64,000 nt of DNA. Origin: Octopus vulgaris. Taxonomy: Eukaryota. Shown here one piece after another: positions 54,456-64,000 of this stretch (position 1 is its first letter; each line of letters begins with the position of its first letter). The DNA lies in NCBI GenBank assembly GCA_951406725.2, contig OX597826.1, positions 50,654,001-50,718,000 of the forward strand, in the 5' to 3' direction. The translations under genes were made by a program, and so were the position numbers. The notes under the pieces are model-generated. The model saw only the letters and a list, made by a program, of their open reading frames with translations. It was not told where the DNA came from and did not search any database.

Positions 54456-54802
54456 TATTATTATATTTACACAATAGCAAATAAATAATTTTCAGGTTTT
54501 TGTTTGCTTGTTAATGAACGATGGAATCATTATCAATTAGTGCCATTAACAATTAATAGAAATTAGAGAAGAAAATGGAGAATTGATGTGATAACTTCTA
54601 ATGATATAAGCAGGATGTTATAATGGTAGTGACACTAGATGGCAGATTTGTGATATCTCACTCTGCTTAACTTTGAAATTCTAGTAGAAATTTGTTGGTA
54701 TTTAAGAAAGAAGAATTCCTCTTCTTATAAACACTTTTATTACTATATTTCTGCTGAAACATTTATGTATTTGTTTTGCAAGATTCCTGATGTGAAATTG
54801 TG

Positions 54803-55117
54803 TGTTGAAACAGATATTGTAATATTTTGGGATGGTCATTTTTTTTCTGCCAAATAAACACATGCACTGTATATTTGTTCTTCACTTCAGCTTTATTATG
54901 GTTCTTATTTTAATGTCGTTTTTGTTTGAAATCTTTTGTCACATATCACTGAAGAGGTCACAGGATGTGTGACAAAAGATTTCAGGTGAAGGACACTAAA
55001 ATAAGAACAAAAATAAATCCCAAGTGAAGAATGACTATATAATGCATATGTTTATTCGGCAAAAAAAAAAAGGAAAAAAAAATCCATCCTGAAATATAAC
55101 ACTATCTGTTGAAACAC
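54803..55117. repeat. Degenerate fold-back element with central CTGAAGAG
   Basis: GAAATCTTTTGTCACA / TGTGACAAAAGATTTC inner arms, with complementary outer arms. Confidence 0.65.
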
Positions 55118-55199
55118 TTGTTTCAATTAATTTTGAAAATAATGAATTTAATAAAATAGCTTTGTTGTAATTAAGTTGGTGTATTTAGAAGATATATTA

Positions 55200-55545
55200 A
55201 ATCAAATGGAAATTGTAGTTGTGATACCCATGCCGGAGGCACATAAAAAGCACCATCCAAACGTGGCCGATGCCAGCGCCGCCTTGACTGGCTTCCTTGC
55301 TGGTGGCATGTAAAAAGCACCAACTAATCATGGCTATTGCCAGCCTCCCCTGGCACCTGTGCCAGTGGCATGTAAAAAGCACCCACTACACTCACAGAGT
55401 GGTTGGTTTTAGGAAGGGCATCCAGCTGTAGAAACACTGCCAGATCAGACTGGAGCCTGGTGCAGCCTCCTGGCTTCCCAGACCCTGGTTGAACTGTCCA
55501 ACCCATGCTAGCATGGAAAACGGACGTCAAACGATGATGATGATT
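55200..55545 (+). mobile_element. RTE LINE 3'UTR-only copy inserted in a piggyBac-like MITE
   Basis: Matches 44630-45041; (GAT)n tail. Confidence 0.75.
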
Positions 55546-56498
55546 AATATGAAATTTTGATGGAAGATTTTTATTTAGATCACTTTAAAATGAAGAATTT
55601 GTATGATAGAACTCAGGGTGATTTCAGGAGGGTTGGTATCAAAGAACAGAAAAAAGAAGAAAAAGAATGTTTTCAGCAGCTAATGTTGTGCTAATGAAGG
55701 AACTTCTCAGTGGTTGCTTCACATGCAAGAGATAGCAACCAAATCACCCTCATATCATACTCTACTGTCTTAAATAAGAGCATATTGAATAAGGTGGTCC
55801 TGAATGCATTGTACCATGGAAAAACCTGGACGGCCATGGCTAAACTGCCTCTTATTTGTACGTCAGCTTGATTAGAACTGACCCGATGCTAAATAACTAC
55901 AATAACATACTGGCCATTCTTGACGGCACTGCCATTACGGTCATTATTGCCGGGCACAGCTGATTACACCACCTGTTCTGGGATATGCGGCCCACTTCCC
56001 CCTCCCCTTACATCTTCTGCTGCTTTACCCCTGACCTCTTTTTCCCATTTTTTCTGATCTCACTCCTTTTGTTTCTTTGTATTTAAATGTTCTAATAATA
56101 TAAAAATGTCTTTTTCGATTAAAAAAATAATGAAAAAAAAAAAAAAAAAGAATATGATGCTTATGTAGAGCACCAAAAACAAACAAGAATAATAGAATTA
56201 AGTAGATTATCCAACATGGATGAAGAAAATAACAGGGGAGGTTTTACTCATTTCTTACAATATTTCTACTGAAATATATATCATTTGCTTCAATTAATTA
56301 TGAAAATAATGAAGAATAGTAAAATAACTTTGTCATTATGAAGCTAGCATTTGCAATGTATATTAAAATATTTTGATTGAAGATTTTAATTTACATTACT
56401 TTAACCCTTTTGTTACCACATTTCCGTTGAAATACAGTAGATATATTTTAATAAATTTTGTCGTTAATCCTTTTGTTACTGAATTCCTGTAAAAATAC

Positions 56499-57049
56499 TG
56501 TGGTGTTATGAGCTGTGATGAGCTATGTGGTGTTGGTGGAGGGGATTGCAGATGAGGTAAATGGAAGTGAAGACTACAGGGGCTGGTGGAAGAGCCACGG
56601 GGGCATGCGTGGGCAAAAAGCATATGGGGCAGTTGGACGAGAGACAGGAGCGTGCAAGGACATGTTTTTTTTTTCGACAGTGATTGCTCATCCCGCCTAG
56701 GTCAACAGGTATGGTCTCTGTATTTCTTTCTCCCATTTTCTTCTTTTTTCTGTTGTTTTTTTCCTCCATCACACTACAAGCTATTTTGGTCCATAACAAA
56801 AAGAAGCAAAGAAGGAGAAAGAAATACAGAGACCTTACCTGTTGACCTAGGCAGGATGAGCGATCACTGTCAAGAGAAAAAAACATGTCCTTGCACACTC
56901 CTGTCTCTCATCAAACTGCTAAACATGCTTTTTGCCCATGCATGCCCCCGTGGTTCTTCCACCAGCCCCTGCATTCTTCACTTCTGTTTACCTCATCTGC
57001 AATCCTCTCCACCAACACCACATAGCTCATCACAGCCCATAACACCACA
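56499..57049. mobile_element. Long fold-back MITE with TGT...ACA ends
   Basis: ~235-bp arms (56499-~56731, ~56815-57049) that are highly complementary, ~85-bp spacer. Confidence 0.85.
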
Positions 57050-57723
57050 AACACCATAACTACAATGCCTTTGTTTTAATTGATTTTTGGTAATAATGAA
57101 GAACTTAGAAAAATAACTTTTAATATGGAATTTTAATGGGAACTTTTTATTTACTTCACTTTAAAATAAAAAATCTGGTATCTTAGTTCTATGGATGGTA
57201 TTGGGTGATTTGGTATCAAAAGGGTTAAGCTGCTTTTTGGAACATAAATCAACATGAAATTTTAATGGTAACTTTTTAATTTAGGTCACTTTTAAACATG
57301 AAGTATATATCACAGAACCAGGGGTGGTCTCAGGTGAGTTGGCATCAAAAGGATTAAATAAATAGGATTTTTATTTATAAATTCCATTATAAAATATTTA
57401 TACACTTACATAGCTAAAAGGTTCCAAATAGGGTGGTCTGCTCCAAGCATCATTTTTTTAGAGCAGCATTAGATGATGTTTTTTAAGAGGTGCTGAAGTT
57501 GGGGATTTAATAAATGCAGTGAGGTGGTAGTGGGTGAAAGATGTGATGAAGAGGTGTGAGGGAGAAGTAGAAAGAAGGATGAATGAGAGACAAAAACTCC
57601 ACTGAACCCAGCTGACCTCAGCGATTAACCAGTTTATATTCATGCTTAAAGAACTCTTTGAATCACCCTGTATAAATATATTTATGTATATAAACATATG
57701 TATGTATATACATATGTGTGTGT

Positions 57724-57763
<40 letters not shown>

Positions 57764-57800
57764 ACTGCAAGAAGAATTAATGTTTATAACTGGATGTTTA

Positions 57801-57887
57801 TTAATTCACTTTCGATAATCCAGAAAGAACGACTGTGACTATTGTTAGACCGAATGCTAAAAACAGGATTAACATGTTTTTGAGTCC
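57801..57887 (-). CDS. TMEM144: TMEM144 terminal coding exon (GLKNMLILFLAFGLTIVTVVLSGLSKVN*)
   Basis: TTTCAG acceptor, phase 0, TAA stop; matches the TMEM144 C-terminus (GLQNYLLMILAF...AFSKI). Confidence 0.9.
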   Translation of the reverse strand, partial: GLKNMLILFLAFGLTIVTVVLSGLSKVN

Positions 57888-58560
57888 CTGAAATATAGAA
57901 GAGAGAAAATGGTTAACTTCAGGTGAAAAAAAAAAACAACAACTTATTCTATACATTTATTGTTACATTTGTAGTTGTTGTCGACTTGATAGAAGACCAC
58001 AAGATTATCCACCATCTTCATAACACCAACTTTGGCCACCCTTTTTCAATACAATATCTACAACCCACATAGTTTTAATGTCCCCCTTTTCATGCTTGAG
58101 TATATTAGGGCAGATTTTCTATGGCTGGATTCCCTTCCTGTTGTCAACCCTCGTCTATTTCCAAGCAAGGTAACATTTCTCCATAGCCAGACATGTTTTT
58201 GCAGAATATTGGAAATGAATGACACTACTTGTATGAGTGTGACAATCATTCTACAAACATCACACAAGGTCAAGGCAAGAAGACACATACAACACATGCA
58301 TACACACACAGACATATATATACATACAAATGAACCTCCCTCAGTTTCTGTCTATCACATCCTCATGTTATATTACACACACACACACACACACATTCAA
58401 TAGTATGCTTTACCAGATATCTTAATATTTGACTAAGGTAGTTGCAAGCTTAAAATTCAATTCCAATTTGAAAACTGTGTCATAATTGTATTATCCACAT
58501 AGGGACAGACTAGATTCTTACTAACTTGGATCATACATTATTAGAAATAATCACAAAACC

Positions 58561-58766
58561 AATTATTGATATTTTGAATGTATTATTTAATACATATATT
58601 TCAAGTAGTTATGTAACAACAATTTGTTATGTGTCACCCTCATCAGTCAATTACAAACAAAATATTTGCCTCTAATCAATTAATGAGGATGATACTTATG
58701 TAGCAAATTGTTACATAACCCCTTGAAGCAGATGTATTAAATAATGCATTCAAAATATTAATAATT
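58561..58766. repeat. AT-rich fold-back element with degenerate hammerhead-like cores
   Basis: AATTATTGATATTTTGAATGTATTATTTAATACAT / ATGTATTAAATAATGCATTCAAAATATTAATAATT arms; CTGATGAG on - strand at ~58639-58646. Confidence 0.7.
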
Positions 58767-58789
58767 CTAAATACTCTCATTCAACACAG

Positions 58790-59000
58790 CAGTTGCAGGC
58801 TGGAAGAGGCCTTGTGGCAGGCCTGCACCAAATAGCCGGATGTAATTGGGAAAGATCTTCAGAGGTTTGACATTACCTTAGAGGATACAGAGAGGCTGGC
58901 ATGGGACCGTCAGCAATGGAGAGCACGGATGATGCCTCTGAGACCACTAATCTGTGATGACCACAGCTGCATCAAGTAAGAGCATGAAGCCAAGAAGAAG
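58790..59000 (+). mobile_element. Short RTE-like LINE 3' fragment
   Basis: AGWKRPCGRP...DLQRFDITLEDTERLAWDRQQWR-like translation. Confidence 0.55.
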
Positions 59001-59991
59001 CCAAGTGTGTGCGTGTTGGCTAGCCCAGGGTTATACTAGAAAATATTTGCCCAAGGTGTCACAAATTAAGACTGAACCCAAATCCATGTGATTGGGAAGT
59101 GAATGTCTTAACCACACAACCATGCCTGCGCCTTATAGAATGCCAAATTTCATAATCTATTGTGTCATAGAAATAACGTGCTAAAGCTTCTGTCTTTTAG
59201 CAGGGCAAGTTAGCTTCATATAGTCAATACTTTCCCAAATTGTCCATCAAAATGCAGGTATGGCAGTATGGTTGAGATGTTGAGAAGCTCCTGTGTGTAC
59301 ATAGCTTGGAATGGTCAAAGCTGGAAGCCCTTTCATCCAAGGCCTACTCAGTTAAGTTTGAGCTGAAACTAAATAACATTAGTAACAGTAACAACAACAA
59401 CAACAACCATAGCAGCAACAACAGTTGACTATTAACTTTTTAAATGACAGGCTCATCCAAGCTGAGCAAATATGAAAAAAAAAAAAAAAGATTTAAAAAA
59501 CAAAGAATCAGACATGGGTGTGTGGTAAAAAGCTTTGTTTACCAACCACATGGTTTTAGGTTCAGTCCCACTGCATAGCACCTTTGGCAAGTGTTTTCTA
59601 CTATAGCCTCAGGGTAATCAAAGCCTTGTGAATGGATTTGGTAGGTGGAAACTGAAAGAAGCCCGTCATGTATATATATATATGTGTGTGTGTGTATGTG
59701 TGTGTGTAAGTATGACTGTGTCTGTGTTTGTCCCCATCACCAATTGACAACTGGTGTTGGTGTGTTTACATCCCTATAACTTAGTGGTTTGGCAAAAAGA
59801 GGCTGATACAAAAAGTACCAAACTTTAACGTAAAATAGTACTGGGGTCGATTCATTCGACTGAAATCCTTCGAAGTGGTGCCCCAGCATGGCTGCAGTCA
59901 AATGACTGAAACCAGTGAAAGACAAAAGATAACCATAACAAAATAAAAAAAAGAAAAAGAAATAAAAAACATTAAAAAAATTGTAGTTTAC

Positions 59992-60263
59992 CTTAATTTC
60001 TTTGAAGAGCAACACTCCCCATGCTGAGGCAATCAACATCGGCCCCGATGTGATAATGGGGAAGGAGACTGGTTCCAACAGAACGGCATTGGCCACGAAA
60101 AAGCAGGCCGTGGCAACACCCCACATTATTCCTGATATGATCCCTGGGAGAATAGCTTTAGGGTAAACTACTGGTTTGTTACGCATGAAAATAACATAGA
60201 TACAGAAATACACTGATGCAGTCAAGTAAATCCCACAGTAATGAGCGAAAACATAGTCCAAAC
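59992..60263 (-). CDS. TMEM144: TMEM144 penultimate coding exon
   Basis: TTTCTAG acceptor and GTAAAC donor; LDYVFAHYCGIYLTASVYFCIY...PGIISGIMW...VSFPIITSGP..WGVLLFKEIK is the recognisable TMEM144 (DMT-like) segment. Confidence 0.93.
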
Positions 60264-60289
60264 CTAGAAAAAAAAGAGAAATAAATAAA

Positions 60290-60680
60290 TCATCATCATC
60301 ATCATCATCATCATCGTTTAACGTCCGCTTTCCATGCTAGCATGGGTTGGATGGTTCAACTGGGGTCTGGGAAGCCAGAAGGCTGCACCAGGCTCCAGTC
60401 TGATCTGGCAGTGTTTCCACAGCTGGATGCCCTTCCTAACGCCAACCACTCCGTGAGTGTAGTGGGTGCTTTTTACATGCCACCGGCACAGGTGCCAGAC
60501 GAGGCTGGCAAATGGCCACGATCAGATGGTGCTTTTTATGTGCCACCGGCACGGAGACTGGATGAAGCTGGCAACGGCCACGAATCGGATGGTGCTTTTT
60601 ACATGCCACCAGCACGGAGGCCAGTCAGGGCGGCGCTGGCTACGGCCACGTTCGGATGGTTCTCTTACGTGCCACCGGTT
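60290..60680 (-). mobile_element. RTE LINE 3'UTR-only copy
   Basis: Reverse complement of the LINE 3'UTR with (GAT)n tail ending ~25 nt from the TMEM144 acceptor. Confidence 0.8.
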
Positions 60681-61084
60681 ATGCTAGGTGCAGGTGTGGC
60701 AAAAAGTATGCTTCCCAACCACATGGTTCCAGGTTCAGTCATTCTACATGGTACCTATTTCTTTACTACCCACAAGGGGCTAAACACAGAGAGGACAAAC
60801 AAGGACAGACAAATAGATTAAGTCGATTATATCGACCCCAGTGCATAACTGGTACTTATTTAATCGACCCTGAAACGATGAAAAGCAAAGTCGACCTCGG
60901 CAGAATTTGAACTCAGAACGTAGCGATGGGCGAAATACCACTAAGCATTTCATCCAGCGCGCTAACGACTGCCAGCTCACCGCCTTTCTACATGGTACCT
61001 TGGGCAAGTGTCTTCTACTATAGCTTTGGACTGACCAAAGCCTTGAGAGTGGATTTGGTAAATGGAAACTGAAAGCCCTTTGTA

Positions 61085-61260
61085 TCTTATATATAAATGG
61101 CAATTTCTGTCTTTGTCTGTCAGCACATCTGCCTGTTACCATTTTCTTGCCCAAACCAGGGAACCAATCTTCACCAAACTTTGTATACATGTTGAACTAA
61201 CATCCAGTTCAATTATAGGCTAATTGGATTTCAATTCGAATTGATAAAGGACCAACTACA
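61085..61260 (+). mobile_element. Possible Helitron-like 5' end
   Basis: A|TCTTATATATAAA..TCTGTC..CCAATCTTCACCAAACTT; 3' end not identified. Confidence 0.4.
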
Positions 61261-62115
61261 GGGGGTTGGGCTATTACATGATAAAATGAGAGTGGTGCAA
61301 AAGTGTTAGGTTCAGGAGAATGTAGCATAATGAGGCTGACTAATATCAGGAGACAGGAAGAGATCGACACAGGGAAAGTGAGAGACAAACAGGGACACTT
61401 CCATATATATAAAAGAGTGTTTGAGTGTGTGTGTATCTTCCTTATGCATTAAAAAATTGAGTCGCCAATTTTGACGTATGGGGTATCGAAAGATTCAGGA
61501 ATCTTATGACTACCAAATAGACTTTATTTTCATTTACAAAAAGTTTACATTATAATCTTTTCTATAAGTCAACTATCATAAACATTTTATACCACTATGA
61601 CAACGTCACATTTTCTATATGAGTGTGTACCTTAATAGACATCCATTTCTCTATATGTTATGACGAAATTGAGTCACTCACTCTCTTGCTCTCTCACATG
61701 CCCATGTATATATACAAAAAAGACGTATGCATGTGTATTTATGTATGTATGCATGTGTATTTATGTATGTGTATATGAAAGACATTGTGAGACAGAGGGA
61801 GAGTGCCACTTACACATAGATGACAACACACACCTTCACTCACTCTATCTCCTCCTCTCTCTGTCTCACATACACATATGCACACACACACACGTCCAGT
61901 TCATATATATGTTCATACATCATTCACTTTCTACTATCTTTCATTTTCTGCTCTCACTTCAAAGCAAATGTCGCAGTTTCACTTTCTCTTCTCTTTCAAT
62001 TACTGTTCTCTTCAAAGCATAAAGAAATAAAAAATTTATATGGAAATTAATGAATACATTTGAAAACTGAGTTGCCGATTTTTCTGAAGAAAAACAGCTT
62101 TTTTTTTTCACCTAC

Positions 62116-62213
62116 CATTAGGACTGGCACCAGAATAATGATCTTGAATATAGATAGCTGGAACAAAGTTGAGACCATACAGGCATCCAGAACCCAGAGC
62201 TAAAACAGTACCT
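62116..62213 (-). CDS. TMEM144: TMEM144 internal exon (GTVLALGSGCLYGLNFVPAIYIQDHYSGASPNG), not in the ORF track
   Basis: CATTTCAG acceptor, GTAGGT donor; phase-1 end joins GT-TTG-GAC of the next exon; matches TMEM144 G..LA..SG.LYG..FVP.IYI.DH...GAS. Confidence 0.9.
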
Positions 62214-64000
62214 CTGAAATGAAGAAAACAATTGGATTACAGAAACGTGAAATATTCAACTGGTGTCATCATCATCATCATCATCATTTAACATTCACTT
62301 TTCTCTGCTTGCATGGATTAGACAGAATTTGTTGAGGCAGATTTTCTGAAGCTAGATACCATTCCAGTTGCCAACCCTCACTTATTTCCAAGCAAGGCCA
62401 GACATGTTTTGCTGTTTATCTTCTGTAATTTTGCATGATTGAAGGCATCCCAGCCTGGGCCATCTTGTCTTTTTGTCCTTTTTTTTCTTTCAATGCTTCC
62501 TTCTTTATTTAAGATGTGTGTGATTCGAGGGAGATTTGGTGACTATTTCTGATACATTGAGCTCCTACCGAGAACAACCATCATTGGCTTGAACTGATAT
62601 ATTGACTATCATAGCAGCTATTTTACTTGCATGTTTAATTATTTCATTTTTATATATATTTCTTTATTGCCCACAGGGAAGCTAAACATAGAGGGGACAA
62701 ACAAGGATAGACAAAGGGATTAAGTCGATTACATCGACCCCCAGTGCCTAACTGGTACTTATTTAATCGACCCTGAAAGCATGAAAGGCAAAGTTGACCT
62801 CGGCGGAATTTGAACTCAGAATGTAACGGCAGCTGAAATATTGTTAAGCATTTTGCCCAGCGTGCTAACGATTCTGCCAGCTCGTTGCCTTTACATATTT
62901 ATAGCAGAAGAGAAATGGATGTTGTGATGCTTATGCCTTTCCCAGGAACATTACCTACAGGAATGATATGGAGTTAATACAAACAGAATCAAAACTGGTT
63001 CGAAAATGACATTAATACTAAGAAAGCTTAGAGCTGTGGATTAGCAGAATCGGTGGAACATCAAGAAAAATCCCTTGCGGTATTCACCTGCAGCCATTTA
63101 TCTTTTGAGTTCAAATCTAGCTGTTGCAAAAATTCACTATTTCATCTTTCTGAGTTTAAATCCTACAAGAGTTGTTTCCCATTGTATCAAGTCATCAATA
63201 TGGATTGACGAAATTGTTAGAGTTCTCACGAAAATGCTTTGCGATGCTTATGCTATGGCTCTTTACGAACTATGTTCGAATCTCACCAAGATCAACCTTG
63301 CCTGGTAAACTTCTTGGGCCCAATAAAATAAGTTCCATCCAATATCATATTTTATATAAGTTATATATTGTTCAAAATTCACAGACATGTACTTGTGTGA
63401 GAAATCAATATGATAAACACTAAAGGCAAGTTATTTGAAACGTTGAACATTATATTAAACAAGTGCGATCATGTGAATTTTTAAAGAATTATTCTCTTCT
63501 CTGCCAAGCAGAGTTCGCACCTCCTACTGCCATTAAAATACAGCCTAATAACCTCCTGTTGATGTTATATTGCATTACATCTTTTAATTGGCATTCACAG
63601 CTGGCTAAAGTGGTGACATTAAGAGTTACCTGGATCTTAAAAGAGGATCCGTAACCCGTGGCTTTTATTGAATATATATGTGTATATATGTATAAACACA
63701 CACATACACATCCAATGAGTGAGAAGATGCTTGTACAAGTGTACAATAGATGAACACTAGATTAATGCTCAGAAATGTCCAAAACTTTTAAGGATCCAAC
63801 TTTCTAATCAGGGTAAAAATAATTCCACAGAAAACGAGTTGGCTATTAGAACAGTGTAGTCCAAGCATGTCATAAAAACACAAAAGATGGACAAAATTGT
63901 ACATATGTGGCATTATTATATCATTTATATCAGTTACAAAAGATGTATAATTTACAAAAGGTGTAGCTCTTGTTGCGTTGCTATGTTTGTAATGAAAATA

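Noticed and set aside
63489-63746. ORF with RRLLGCILMAVGG resembling TMEM144 RIVGCSLAV
   Set aside because: The true homologous exon is 62116-62213; this segment has no pyrimidine tract and lacks the YG..FVP motif.

Overview
AT-rich, repeat-dense eukaryotic genomic DNA, not prokaryotic. The microsatellites, SINE families and RTE LINE resemble those of an octopus genome (inference). Two spliced genes converge from the window edges: the last two coding exons of a GAB/DOS-family docking adaptor on + (11142-11229, 15063-15257) and the last three coding exons of TMEM144 on - (62213-62116, 60263-59992, 57887-57801). The ~42 kb between them is mostly SINEs, truncated LINEs, MITEs and simple repeats. 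Three structures stand out. (1) A 5.1 kb bipartite satellite (36314-41432) alternates blocks of a ~20-bp unit carrying the TGCGCATGCGC palindrome (NRF1-type motif) with blocks of phased GAAAATTTTC A-tracts. (2) This satellite lies exactly between two diverged direct copies of a 3 kb segment, and only the second copy carries an RTE LINE insertion. (3) Several unrelated fold-back elements carry minimal hammerhead-ribozyme-like cores (CUGANGA...GAAA..NUH), often head-to-head. Almost all ORFs in the supplied track are spurious.
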